DNA of 63,958 nt, filler included, from Reticulomyxa filosa (GCA_000512085.1; 18 parts of 18 records of this genome joined end to end with filler, not necessarily neighbours in it), one strand, 5' to 3'. Counted from the first letter of the whole stretch, positions 1 through 12,668 are shown. The notes: generated by a model from the sequence alone, not told the origin. Translations and numbers: made by a program.

Positions 1-89
1 TTTTTTTTTTTTTTTTTTGTGTGTGTGTTTTTTTTTTTTTTTTTATAACTTCCTATTCAAAGAAATGAATGTTACCAATAAGCCAAAAC

Positions 90-516
90 AAACTTTAGAT
101 TTTTTTGTTTGTTTATTTGTTTGCATACGTTTTTGGTAACGCGAATTATTCGATTGCTGATTTCGATTCGATTTTGTCCCACCGCTGTTGTTGCGATTTC
201 CGTGTTGCTCTGCTTTAGTACCGCTTTTCTTTTTTTTTTTTTTTTGAAATGACAAAAAACACAAAATGTGGCCATCCTTTTCCTCTTCTTCTTATAAGGT
301 GCGTTATTTATACGTAACTTCTACAGCAGATACGTTGCTATTTTTTGCTGCAAAAGTGTTTTGCTTGGAACTTGCGTTGTTGTTTTGTTCTTCCACATTT
401 TGTAGTTGGTCGTCATTTACATTAAATGTATTGGTATTGGTGTTTTTGGGGCGATAGGAACGCTTGTTCTTATTATGATTCCCTGCACTTGAATAATTGC
501 GATTTGTAGTAGTCAT
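90..516 (-). CDS. N-terminal exons of an Asn/Gln-rich hypothetical protein (partial)
   Basis: ATG at 516 (MTTTNRNYSSAGNHNKNKRSYRPK...). A second N/Q/S-rich segment (SGTKAEQHGNRNNSGG...) follows a short intron-like stretch. No recognisable domain. Confidence 0.4.
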
Positions 517-1274
517 AGGACAAAAAGCACTGCTGGACGTTCTTCAAGTTTTTTTTGTTCGTTCACAAATTTTTTAACACAACGACAGAACAAACAAAGA
601 CTCTTTTAATTATTTGCAAAAAAAGATCAAAAGAAAAATGAAAACAATTATTAATTTAAATAGCTTACAATTATTGTTCAAGAACTAAGAAAAATTTGTG
701 CTTTAAGCCTATGGACCTCCAAATAATCGCAAAAAAAGATTCTTGCTGTGAACCCTTTTCAAACGACTTGTTTTTCGTCGGCCTTGTTTAGGAAAATTTT
801 GTTGATGAGAAACAATATAATGAAGATATTCACTTCTTTTTTTTCGATCCATTGCACAAAAACGAGCTTTGAATAATAAATCAATGTAAATTATTATCTT
901 TTATTCTTTTTTGGCGACTTATTGTTGCAATTTAGTTTAGTATGAGCCACAATCGTTTCAGATATGTATGTTATGTGATTGTGATATGATAAAGTGCTGT
1001 TAAAAATAGGTATAGTGTATGTTGACTTAAGTTACTTTAGGACATAAATCAGAAGCAAAAAGATATTAAGTTTTATCAAATAGTATGTAATATGTATGAA
1101 TTAGTAAATAGTCATTGATTAGCTAATTCTTTATAAACAATAGAATAACTTTGGTTTTGAATTAAGTGATATTACAATCGTTGAACGTTTCTTGACAAAA
1201 TATTACTGTATCGTGAATTATATTACAGTATAGTCAAACCATCCAAATAATTTTTTTATTGTTGAAAAACGATA

Positions 1275-2626
1275 TTATCCCAAATACGAATTGGACCACG
1301 GCTTGAACCATAATACAAATTAATATAATAACCAAGGCCATTGTTGCTTTTTTGTTATTTTTCGATTGTAGGAGTTTAAGACAATATATTCCATAATCTT
1401 CTTTTTCATCTCCATTGATTAAATACAATTCATTCTAATTTGATCGAATATCTCAAAATTGAATTGTATTATTTTTGGTCCAGAACATATCACATTTGAA
1501 CAATTACCAATTTTAGTATTGTTTACTACAAATGATGAATATTCGACAGAATAGATCCAATCTCTATGCCCATTGAATACTTAAATTTGTTTCTAAGATC
1601 GAATATGATGATCCAGATAATACTGTATTTGCATCATTAATATTTCCTAATCAATGTAATCCATATTTTAGGCTTTTCACAAGACCCTTATGTCTTCGAA
1701 TACAATCAATGGTTTGGCTGTTTCAATATCCCATGTACGAATGGTACGATCGAGAGATCTAGAACAAATTGTATATCAATTACTGTCAATCACGCCAACA
1801 CTATTGACTTTCTTGTCATTGTTAATGCTTTGCGTTGATGAAATATCCACACACCAAACAGCGTCTTTATGTCATCAAAAATATACAATTATTTGGATGT
1901 TTCGATATCACATAAACAAACAGTATTGTTACGATATCCAGAATACATATCGGCCACAATTAAATTGTGAAAATTCAATGCTACAAACACCATTGATCGA
2001 ATACTTGCAATTGTCGATTATATTTGAAATCCCAAAAATAAATAGTTTTGTCTTTTGCTGAAGAGTAAATGACATTGAGATTATTGTTATAATAATGATA
2101 TGTCGAAAATTTCACACAATACACAAAACCTGAATGTCCATAGAATGATTGAATTTGATTGTTTGTCCCAATATCTCATACACAAACTGTGCTATCAGCT
2201 AATCCAGAACAAGTTAGTTATTTACCATCAAATGCTGAATAATCAATGCAGTATAATTTCATCTTGTGTCCATTGAATTTTTTGAGTAATTTAGATTATT
2301 AGCAAAATATATCAGGGACGAAGATTGTAGACGCTTGTGTAAGTTATGATCACATATTGATGCTATTTGGACGAAAACAAATTAACAGAAAAACATAATT
2401 GACAACAATTTTATCAAAGTCATGGACCCATACTAATTTAATATCTAACATTCGAAGTCAACATTGAATAATTATTTGAATATCTTCTTCTGACTTCTTC
2501 AGTTGCAAATCACATACAATGAATAACAGATAACAAAACTTAAAGACAGCAAACTTTCTTAAAGACGAATAAAGCTTACCACGCTTGCTGTGTTGTAATT
2601 TGTTTTTCATTGACATGCGTTGTCAT
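1275..2626 (-). pseudogene. WD40-repeat family pseudogene (Reticulomyxa-type expanded family)
   Basis: Starts MTTHVNEKQITTQQA. Has an N-terminal module exon (SEEDIQIIIQC*LRMLDIKLVWVHDFDKIVVNY), WD-like segments (TVCVWDIG, IYFWDFK, AVWCVDIS, TIRTWDIETAK) and a C-terminal GPIRIW, with many stops and frameshifts. Confidence 0.9.
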
Positions 2627-2934
2627 TTTTTCAAGTAATAAACAGATAAAACATTACTTGAAAGAAATTAATCAAAAACTTTCAAAAGATTCTCTTTTTC
2701 CAAAGTAAACATTATTTTTGTCATTATGATCATTTTAGAAAATAAAAAGAATACAAACAATACTTAATAAAAGCTACAAATATAAAAAAAAATCAATAAT
2801 AAAAAATAGAACGCATGAAACAGTCAACAAAAATAGTAAAAATTTCAAAACTTCAAAAAGCTTAAAATTTAAGCAGTTCCTATAAAACTAAAACTTCTGT
2901 CAAAAAAAATGATTTAATTTTCAAACAATTGTTA

Positions 2935-3093
2935 AAAACTTAATAAAAACCAAAATCATATTTAAAAACTACAATATTTATATATATTTTTTTAAGATGA
3001 AAATTATGTCTAAATTTTATTTCTTGTGAAGAAAATCGATCATTTGTGTAAGATGTCGTTTTACGTGTCAACTTTCTTTTGCATTCTACTATA
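2935..3093. mobile_element. Degenerate end of Tc1/mariner-pogo-like DNA transposon (family A, copy 1)
   Basis: ...gtcgttttacgtgtcaactttcttttgcattctacta|ta aligns with the copies at 8387-8428 (reverse), 10838-11024 and 24480-24603. Confidence 0.65.
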
Positions 3094-3705
3094 TAAGAAT
3101 ACTGTGGATGCAATAAATGTGAATTGGACAACATAAATCAGCATCTTCAGAAAATGTTTTTATTAAATTAGATTCTTTTCTTGATCAATTAGATTCTTAC
3201 TATTTCAACAGGTGTCCCTTTTTGAACGCCAAACACTGGCTTCATACTCGAGTAAAGTTCTTCTGATCGTGACTTCCACATTTTCCGCAATACTTATTCA
3301 TCGTTTTTTTTGTGTTTTGTATTAGTGTTGTCTCAATATTCCTAGTTTTCTGGTATTAAGTTTTCCGAACGTCTTTCTCCTTTTTTGACAGAGTTTCGTT
3401 TGTACAAATGTTCAAGGTTTATTGATTTTTTTGGTGATACAAATTGTAAATAAGAATTACATTGTAGTATGCGTGTAATGGGCGAACAAAGCGTTCTTAA
3501 CATTTGTATATTTTTCTTTTAAAACGTGTAAATATTTATAAACGTGCAATTTTCACGAGAAACGGTTGCTCTGACCAAATATGAGAGAATTAATCGAGTA
3601 TTCATATCTTCCGCTGGTAGTGTACAGTTTTTTTTTTGTGCTCACTTTTTAGTGCATCTCTCCAGTTTTTTAAGTATTACTCGCTTTACTTAAATAGTAT
3701 ACAAG

Positions 3706-4825
3706 ATGTCCTTACAACCTGGAGAAGACCATTCGATATTTGTTGTTGCAAACGAAGAAATCTCTGACCAAGAAGCAGAAAGCGGCAAACGTTACAAGGT
3801 TTTGCTTGACACATGGGGACTGGGAGAATACATTAATACTTTCGAAAAAGGTAGGCAATATATGTCAAAAGGAGAAAGCCGGAAAAAAGCATGGTCAATT
3901 TTGGTCACTATGTTAACTACATGTAACAAAAAACAAAGAAAGCTGGACGGATCCCTTGGATTGGAATGTATTTTTAGACAAGGATGATGAGGACTATCAG
4001 GGAATATTGGAAAGTCTCATTTTTAAAGTTGGTATGTGAGAGCAAGAATATTTCAAAGACATAAAAAAATGCACTCCGAGGATCTGTTCAAATTGTTGTT
4101 TTTTTTGTTTTTGCTTTGTTTGTGTATTTATTTATTTTTGTGTGTAGATATACGTATCCACTAATAAATAGCAATAGTACAAAAGCAATTTAAAAAAAAA
4201 GCACATAGAGTGAAGTTTCGGAGACTAGTAAAAGATTGGCTCAAAGTTCAAGAAAAAAAATCAAAGGATAAACTCTTGTCAGAAGAGAAAGAAGAAGAAG
4301 AAAAGAAAGAAGAGAAAGAGAATGAAACGGGAGAAATGGGAGAAACACAAGAAATTGAAGGAACAGAAGAAGTTATATCGGTCCCCGCTTTGATAGCAGC
4401 AACAGACGTGAAAAAATTGGAGCCGAAAATAACTCATTCATTTGTTGGAGGCCCGTATTTTGCCATAAAAGAGGACAATAAAAATTTTTTAAGTGGTTTG
4501 TTTTATTATTATTATTATTTTTCAGAGATTACGTCTCAGAAATTTTTTCGCTCTAATTTTTGCAATTTGGGCTGTCTAAAAAAAAAGATTGATACGTCCA
4601 AATAGCATACGTAAAATAAAATATACGGAAAAAAAAAAAAAAAAAAAAAAAAAGAAAAATGAAGACGAAATAATGCAATCGGACTTTGAAGACGAGGAAA
4701 GCGAACAGGTTACTTTGGAGCCAAAGGTGGATGAATCAGAATGCTATCATGTGAAATGTGTTTCCTCGGGACGATATTGGGAGTGCAAAGAAATAGAAAA
4801 TGGACGGATCATGATCTACACACAG
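3706..4825 (+). CDS. SAM-domain protein (partial, multi-exon)
   Basis: Removing GT-AG introns 3851-3938 and 4032-4177 gives, in frame, LLDTWGLGEYINTFEKESWTDPLDW...FKKKAHRVKFRRLV, which fits the SAM pattern LGLxxYxxxF...HRxK. An acidic linker and a beta-rich segment follow. Confidence 0.65.
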
Positions 4826-4925
4826 NNNNNNNNNNNNNNNNNNNNNNNNNNNNNNNNNNNNNNNNNNNNTTAATTAATTAANNNNNNNNNNNNNNNNNNN
4901 NNNNNNNNNNNNNNNNNNNNNNNNN
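4826..4925. other. Artificial contig-joining spacer (N44-TTAATTAATTAA-N44); first of 17
   Basis: Identical 100-nt spacers, with stops in all six frames, start at 4826, 7001, 8429, 10738, 12569, 19684, 24317, 26821, 28745, 30328, 31749, 45474, 49750, 51254, 53469, 54589 and 62151. Confidence 0.99.
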
Positions 4926-6299
4926 ATGTATATTCCTGGACAACTTCCCTTGTGACATCATTTTGTCGTTATTCAAATTGAAAACAGAGAATGGCAAAGA
5001 AATTAACAAACATCAATCAAAGGCGAAGGAAGGCAACTCGATTTGAAGGTTAGTGTGGATATATGTGATTGTGGTATGTCTCCAACAAAGCAGTGCGAAC
5101 ATACGTCCTTTCATTGCGAAGTACTTTACTTTTAGGCTTGGAGTGAGAGAAAGAGAAAATTAAGTGAAGTGAAGAAGAAGAAGAAAAAAAAAATGCAAGA
5201 TCCGGATCAATAGTATCAAAGACATATTGACTGTTTCGAATAATACGAATGACCAAAGACTACGATGCCACGTATGGAAATGAAACACAAGTGAAAATGG
5301 AGTGTTATGTGTTGCAATTACATAACGACATTCAGCTCAAAACATACTCAATTCACCCCCAAGTCATCAATGGATATACGTTTGGCCAAATATCCGTGGT
5401 TACATTTTCATGTATTTATACGTATGTGGTGTGTGTGTGGCTCACAATGTCATACACCAAGAGACGTGTAAAAACACTTCCAAGATGCAAACTAGTGTGA
5501 ATTCGAGTTGGTTTAGTGGATAATATAAAATTGTGATTTATTGCGATTCGATTGATATGCAATTACAAGCAACTGTTTTGTCTTTATTTTTTAATTTATC
5601 ATAAATACTTTTTTAAATAAATATTTTGTTTGTGTGGTATGAAAATCGATGAATAGCAAAAAATTTGCTCAAAACCATTGAAGTTAAAAAACATTTATTA
5701 TTTTTGTCTTTCTTTCTAAGTAATTTCAATTAATTTGCTTTTTGTTTTTTTCTCTCTCCTCTCTCTCAGGTAATATGCTAAGGCCACAAGTGAAGATGTA
5801 GCGAACCAGGCAATGGAACCACAAATGAAAAAAAAGAAGAAGAGCATGTACAAAAATGTTGGATTGAATCCAATACTGCAGCCTCGCTTAATGAACAAAG
5901 GGAATCGAGTTGCGCTTGGTCATGTGGCATTGTATGTATGACGAAACCATTTTTTTTTACACTGGACTCGGTCAAGATAGAAAGCTCTTTTTATATTCAT
6001 TCACATATGATCGCAATCATTAGTTGCAAAAAAGGTAGCAAAAGATTACTTTTATAGATTGATGAAACAAGAAGAAGGAAAAAGAAAAGCAAATCACAGT
6101 AGTATACATATCCAGTAACGTATACTTATAAAAAATTTGAAATGAAAGCAGCGATGACAACACGAAGGGCGTGTATCGACGAAAAGTAACAAAGAAAACA
6201 GAGAATAATAAAATTCAAATCTAGATTGCGACGCAGGATCATTTGTAATTATAAACAAGACTAGGTGGAATCGAAGCGGGCCTAGTTGAAACATAATCG

Positions 6300-6735
6300 A
6301 CGATGATGGTGTCGAGCTACTTGCATTTTAGTTTTGCATTCCCATCCATTCAACCGAAAACGACAAGTTAGTGATCACGAGAATCGTTGCCACAATCAAG
6401 TACAAATTGAAATTGTGTAATATCAAGTAGAAATTGCACGTGCAGCTGCAAGAAGTCTGCTGTTTAAAGCCTTGTACAACTTTGTCCCGTCTATTGGTAT
6501 TTATCTGCTGTTGGAATACGCATCCAAAGACTAGATACAGTACGGCGATAAAACTGACTATTTCTTTCAAGAAAGCGACTATCCAACTGCTAATGACAAA
6601 CACAATGCGCGTCGTTTTGCACTTGCGATCGTATACAGTGCCAAGGACAATATCGACCACGTCTTGTTTGGTCTCTTTTGATGTTTATCCAATTTTTGCT
6701 TTTTTATCGAGCCAGGTGAAGATAACTGCTTAAAC
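6300..6735 (+). pseudogene. Degenerate coding fragment, unknown family
   Basis: Protein-like segments (EIARAAARSLLFKALYNFVPSIG; QYGDKTDYFFQESDYPTANDKHNARRFALAIVYSAKDNIDHVLFG) broken by stops and frameshifts. Confidence 0.3.
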
Positions 6736-7102
6736 ACCAAAATCCACGACTATAAATTAAAATGATGTTGAAATCGGGTAACGTTTTGTTCTGGCTTCAG
6801 CGTAGACTTGTGACTGTGAAGAATTTGAATTAATGGTTTTAAAAAATTGCCTTTACAAAAACTAAATGAAAAAGCTTAAAACTTTTAATTTTTGATTGTA
6901 AGAATGGAGAAATAAATTTTTAATATATCTCATTGTTCAGTTTTTTTTTAGAAGTCTGTAGTTTTTAAATATTGTTTGGTTTTTTATTCTTTCGAAATTT
7001 NNNNNNNNNNNNNNNNNNNNNNNNNNNNNNNNNNNNNNNNNNNNTTAATTAATTAANNNNNNNNNNNNNNNNNNNNNNNNNNNNNNNNNNNNNNNNNNNN
7101 CA

Positions 7103-7384
7103 AGTACTGTGTATGCTGTTGAATATTCACCATTTGTAATAAAGAATGGTATTGGTAATGCGAATGTGATATGTTCTGGATCATTGGATAATACAATTCG
7201 TTTTTGGGATATTCGGTCAAATAATAAAGAATTGTCTATGATCAAAGGAAATAATAAAGAAGACAATGGAATATATTGTTTTAAATTTATTGGATTGAAA
7301 AAGAAAAAGGAGACAAAGAATATCGCACATGATTTGAATTTGTGTTATGGTTCACATAAAGGTCCCATTCGTATTTGGGTATAA
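7103..7384 (+). CDS. WD40-repeat family protein, C-terminal fragment
   Basis: VYAVEYSPF...VICSGSLDNTIRFWDIRSN...LCYGSHKGPIRIWV*; paralog of the 1275-2626 pseudogene. Confidence 0.9.
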   Translation, partial: STVYAVEYSPFVIKNGIGNANVICSGSLDNTIRFWDIRSNNKELSMIKGNNKEDNGIYCFKFIGLKKKKETKNIAHDLNLCYGSHKGPIRIWV

Positions 7385-8386
7385 TTTACTTTTTTGTCGA
7401 ATAAGAAATGATAGTGTGTTTTTTTTTTGAAACGTTGATTAAAGTAAAGTAATGTGATGTTAAACTTGCTTGATTTGATTGAATACAAGCACTGAAGGAT
7501 GTGTTTTATTTTACTTTGTTGTTTAAAAAAAATTGAAACAGTTGCATTCAATGTTTTTTAAAGATTTGAAAAGCATAATTAATGAAAATGATATCTAAAT
7601 ATCAAAATAAATACAAGATATTTTAAGTGTTGTATTTTTTATATAATCGAGCAAGATTGTTTTTGTATTAATTCATGATAGAATTCTTTTCTGTTTAGAA
7701 GAACACGGGATATTATTTAAAACTTGAAATATTATTGCTGCCATTGAACCTTTTTGGAGAATGTAGTGATGAATATAAAAAAGGCAAACCAATAGTGAAT
7801 CATTTTAAATGATGCATCAATCAAAACACAATAAGAGAATGGAATATGATCATGGATTAATTGTGGCTACAAGAAAAGCATTATAGATGGACTATACAAA
7901 ATAGAAGTGTTTGCTTGTATCAAGTATATTGGAGAATATCATAATTACAAAACAAAGGGTTTTTTAATTCCAGAACCATAAAATAAGCAAATTATGAATT
8001 GTGCAAAACATCAAGTTAACTCTCAAAAATCTGGTTTACTTGTGTAATCTGTTGATCGTTTGTGCAAAGAGATTGACTGTTTAAAATAATTCCAATTTCT
8101 TGATTATTACAACTGGTTTTAGATAGAAAGCATTGAATAAGAAACCAATTTGGAATCTGGTTTCTTATGTTCTCATTAGACAATTTTGTCAACACAAGAC
8201 ATATCGAACCGCATTGCATGCACAACATCAAAATACTCAAAACAAGAAAATGTTAAAGTGACAACAAGGTGTATTATTAAGAACAATGTCTTCTCCTGAG
8301 TCAAAATATAGACAATTAGTAATTCAAAAAATTGCAATGATTAAATATCTCATGAATAGTTTATGTTTAGATAATTCAATGAATTA

Positions 8387-8428
8387 TACAGTAGAATGCA
8401 AAGTAAAGTTGATACCTAAAACGGCACC
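8387..8428. mobile_element. TIR of family A transposon (copy 2), truncated by contig end
   Basis: TA|CAGTAGAATGCAAAAGTAAAGTTGATACCTAAAACGGCACC, near-identical to the reverse complement of 24562-24603. Confidence 0.75.
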
Positions 8429-8528
8429 NNNNNNNNNNNNNNNNNNNNNNNNNNNNNNNNNNNNNNNNNNNNTTAATTAATTAANNNNNNNNNNNNNNNN
8501 NNNNNNNNNNNNNNNNNNNNNNNNNNNN

Positions 8529-10070
8529 CGAAATCAGAATCAAAACACAAAGAAATTGTATTTGGAAATGTTAGCAGGACAGCAAGACGACCTCCAATGA
8601 ACAAGAAAAATTTGCAGTTGTGGAAATTGGTACTAGTTTATGGATTGCTCACTTTTGCTGGACTGTCTCCGGAATCAGCGACCTGCATTTTGTTGTTCTT
8701 CAAGTGCTGGATAATGTAGCGGATACAAGCATCGCGTCGTATCCAACAAGTCGTCTGTCAGCACATAGATATTTGTACGCATTTGTGTTGGGTTCGAATC
8801 GGAGTGAATTTTGCATTGTAATGCAGTTGAATCATGGCAAGAAAGGCGAAGCCAATGCAAAAAGAACAAAAAATAATAGAATAGGTCCAAGACTGAAGAA
8901 GAAGAAGAGTAGAATAATGATATCCTCCCCCTCCTTGGATCGCCAGTCCAAACGTCGGACATGTTCGTTATTGCAAATGCTCTCGTCACAAGGGCGACTA
9001 GGACAGATGGGCTTCGTATTTTGAAAGAATCAAATCGTGATATGACATTATAACAGTTGGATAAGATTCTATCAAATAAATCAAGGACAATATTGATTTT
9101 GCAGACCAAGATCCAGTTTCCAAGATAAAAGAAAAGGATATCGCGCAAGTATAACGATATGAATATTACGGCATCGCAGCGACGGGATTTACTGAAGAAG
9201 TAGAAAAATATGAAGAAAATGAAATGAAAGTTGTTACATTTGGCGGTCGAGCAAACCGCAACATCGGAAGAGGACGAGAAAGAGAAGAAAGAGTTCCAAG
9301 ACTCCGGTAAGGACTATACAGCATTGGATTTTTTTTTTTTTAAATAAAAAAAAAATATTGTCGGCTTTGCTGCGTTTAGCTATGAAATGGTTCTTTATGC
9401 AAGTGAGCGGCGACTTTGCGCATTCTCGGGCATATACTGGCCTGTCATAGTGTGTCACAATGGAAGCTGATGGAAGAGTGTGAAAATGGAAATGATGACA
9501 ATGACGAAATTCAGCACATGTTCTTCATTGTCAATTGTTGCAATATATTGGACTGGTGTTGTGTGTATGCCAATATTTGCACGCCATTTCTGTATTCAAT
9601 AGACTTTGGCTCGGTGTGCGCGGAAGAGCTAATCTTGCTGTGTCATTGATTACGAAAAGCATCACGCCGTGATAACCGACAATTCGATCAGCTATTCACA
9701 ATGCAATGAACCGCTTCAATGTGTTAGAGGGGGGAGCTGAGTCCTGCTATGTGAATAAGTGGGCAAGGTCAGTGTTAGTAATCGATTGTATCATACTCAC
9801 TCCATCCTCCTCCTGAAGACGTCATTGTTATGGATACGAATTATTTGATTACCAAAAAACAGAACTACTCGGATTCGAGAAATGGAAGAATTTGTTATTG
9901 ACAAGGCCACCACTCAAGAAATGATAGCGCTATAGTGGACGAGCCTTTCAATATCAACTTCCCTCGAGTCCGTTTAATCGTCCAAAATGGATACTTGATG
10001 GGGCATTGCCATAACATTCGAAAGAACTCAATTTACGACATCACACAGACTTGTTGTTATGGTTAGTCAT
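8529..10070 (+). pseudogene. Degenerate coding region, unknown family
   Basis: Higher GC and fragmentary protein-like frames (e.g. VDEPFNINFPRVRLIVQNGYLMGHCHNIRKN) interrupted by stops. Confidence 0.3.
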
Positions 10071-10837
10071 TTATGTGCGCTGGCCACTTTCATGTTATAC
10101 TGGACATTATAAATCGTATTTGGGTCCATTGCTTAAAAAAGTTTTTATGTGTACATATATATATTTTTTTTTAGTACACATCTAATAACTATTATACGTA
10201 TATTGATTATATATTTATATGTGTTGCTTCAAATTTTTGAATAGATATTTCAAAGTGTACAAACGAAGATGGAGGTACACTACACGAAGTTTTGGAATGC
10301 AGATGGACACGCTGTTGCTACTTTTATTGTCATTGGTGCTGCAGATAGTCACCAGCGACAACAGCAATAGTGACAGAAGTGGCAACAATAGCAGCAGTAT
10401 CGATGGTTATTGCAGTACATAAACATAAAAGAAGTGGGGCAATATCATAGTCAAACTGTTGCTGATGGAGATCTAATATGTCAAATTATAGAGCCACACT
10501 ACAACACATGCAGCTGTCATTTCTCCAATGAAATTCATTTTGTTCATCATTGAACAAAAATCTATTTTAGTGACGGCGTGCATCTAGTATGGATCATGGT
10601 ATTGCACTTTGAATGACGTATAATTTTATTTTTTAAAAAAGGTCCATATCAAACGTAATGTGGTGCATGATGAATTGAATAATTTAAAAGTTGGTGAGCT
10701 GATTATATGCAATCTATATTCCAAGTTATAATGTTTTNNNNNNNNNNNNNNNNNNNNNNNNNNNNNNNNNNNNNNNNNNNNTTAATTAATTAANNNNNNN
10801 NNNNNNNNNNNNNNNNNNNNNNNNNNNNNNNNNNNNN

Positions 10838-11024
10838 AAGAATGTTGATTTCATCCAACAAAAAAAAAAATTATTAAAAAATCAATATCATATTTAAAAA
10901 CTACAAGACTTGTAGATATTTTTTTTAAAAAAAAGTAGGTCTAAATGTTGATTTTTCATTGATAAAATCAATTATCATCATAAGATATGTTTTAGACGTT
11001 CAGTTTTCTTTGCAACCTACTGTA
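10838..11024. mobile_element. End of family A transposon (copy 3) inserted at a TA in a Kelch gene
   Basis: ...ttttagacgttcagttttctttgcaacctactg|ta directly abuts Kelch coding sequence. The subterminal region matches 2935-3091 and 24480-24601. Confidence 0.7.
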
Positions 11025-11503
11025 CAAGTGATAAATAATAAAAGATTGCTTCTACCAATCACCGCACGTGATCCAATAGAACAGTGATATCTTATCTTTC
11101 AATGATAATTGGATGATTGTGATTGTTTGTGAAAGGAGCTCATTTTTGTAATTGTTTAATTCATTTGATTTTTTTCATATTACTCCAAACACTTCATATT
11201 TCGTTATCAATGTATGTTTATTTCCTCCATTCCAATCATATCCAAAAACAACAAAGTGACTTGATTGCCGTCTTTGTGCAGTGAAACTGTAGACAACAGC
11301 AGCAATAACAACATTGTCCTTCTAAATAAATGTCACTTGGATACTCACAGATAAACTTGTATTCATTTTTAAGTTTATCATAAGAATAACAAACTTTTTT
11401 AAATTGACCTCTACAAACGGGGAGTTCGTGTTTGTATATACACATTGAGATTTAAAAAATCGATTGCGCAACTCTTCAAAGTTTGAAAGATTTGATTGCT
11501 CAT
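11025..11503 (-). pseudogene. Kelch-repeat family pseudogene, N-terminal part
   Basis: MSNQIFQTLK...HELPVCRGQFKKVCYSYDKLKNEYKFICEYPSDIYLEGQC...KSNELNNY...LLFIT, with frameshifts; truncated by the transposon. Confidence 0.85.
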
Positions 11504-12668
11504 GTTGTTAATGCTAAGAAATTACGAAATAATTTAAATTTTTTAACATGGAAAAAGTCGTCCGAAAGTAAAAAAAGTGTATGAGTTGACTATGAATACA
11601 AAAATTATGGTCTTCAAATAAGATTACAGCATTGATTATAGTTGACAAGACTATTTTCAAAAGTACAGAATGTCTTTATACTATAAAGAAATCTTTGGAA
11701 TATTGAAATTTGACTATTTGTTATAATATATTCTGAGACATATACTTGTTATCTTCTATTCTTTTTCCAAAAACAAAGCAAGATGCCTAAAAATCACTTG
11801 CTTAAGTTCGGAGAGGAAAAAACCTATTGTGTTAGATTTAACAAAAAAGTTATTGATTGTTTTGATTTTTTTCATTTTTTTCTGTTGGACTATTCTTTTA
11901 TTTTAACTCCTTTTCATTTTTTAGTGTGACTGACATTATCGATTCTATAGCGTTCGATATCTTGCATCGCTCCAATTTGAAATGCCTATTCATTTCAAAT
12001 CACAGCGAAACAATTTATTTCCTATGATGACATCTGCTGAACAATGAGATGACTAAGTGTAATACGAAAGGAACTTAGTTTCAAAAAGCAACTTCAGTAA
12101 AAGGAAATTAAATTAACAAAAATAATTTTAACACAAGAAAGGAAAACAATTAAAGAAAACACAAAAGTGAGTTTTGAAGAAGGTTTTAACCCACCGGTGG
12201 TCCCACCGTTCCATTAGTATTTGACTTGTATATCTTTATTGAAAAAGCTAAAGTAAAAATAATTTTGTAAATATATCAAACAAATCACAGACTATCCTCT
12301 ATGTTGTGCTATATTATCTCTTGCATTTATTTGAAAGGTTATATATTCAATTTTTTTAGATTGTTTTTACATTGTGCCTTTTTTATTAAATCTATATCAA
12401 ACTAAAGAAAAAATAATCCATTTAACAAACGTTTACACTTGTGTTTAAAATAAGCTTTTATGTGACGCAAGTGTGTGGAGTCTACTGTGAAGAGCTACAC
12501 TAAATGTAATACGAAAAGGTTTTACTCGAATGAGATTGACTTTCAATAAAACAAAGTAAATTAAATAANNNNNNNNNNNNNNNNNNNNNNNNNNNNNNNN
12601 NNNNNNNNNNNNTTAATTAATTAANNNNNNNNNNNNNNNNNNNNNNNNNNNNNNNNNNNNNNNNNNNN

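Noticed and set aside
1204-1230. TACTGTA...TACAGTA as the partner TIR (which would enclose the WD40 gene) or as excision footprints of family A
   Set aside because: Only 7 bp match, similarity does not extend convincingly, and such matches are expected by chance in AT-rich DNA.
1275-2626. Stop-codon reassignment to explain the in-frame stops
   Set aside because: The stops co-occur with frameshifts, and intact genes use TAA and TGA as normal terminators, so these are pseudogenes.
4870-4881. TTAATTAATTAA recurring 17 times, like a CRISPR repeat or regulatory motif
   Set aside because: It is always centred in N-runs of fixed length, so it is an artificial linker. ORFs ending in X...LIN are artefacts.
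6940-7000. Possible fifth family A copy (reverse subterminal match tgtagtttttaaatattgtttggttttttatt)
   Set aside because: Short AT-rich match with no recognisable CAGTAG terminus.
8785-8805. GGTTCGAATC, a tRNA T-loop-like motif
   Set aside because: The flanks do not form a T-stem and no cloverleaf is visible.
12030-12085. Hairpin with GAAA suggesting a hammerhead ribozyme
   Set aside because: No CUGANGA core in the required position.
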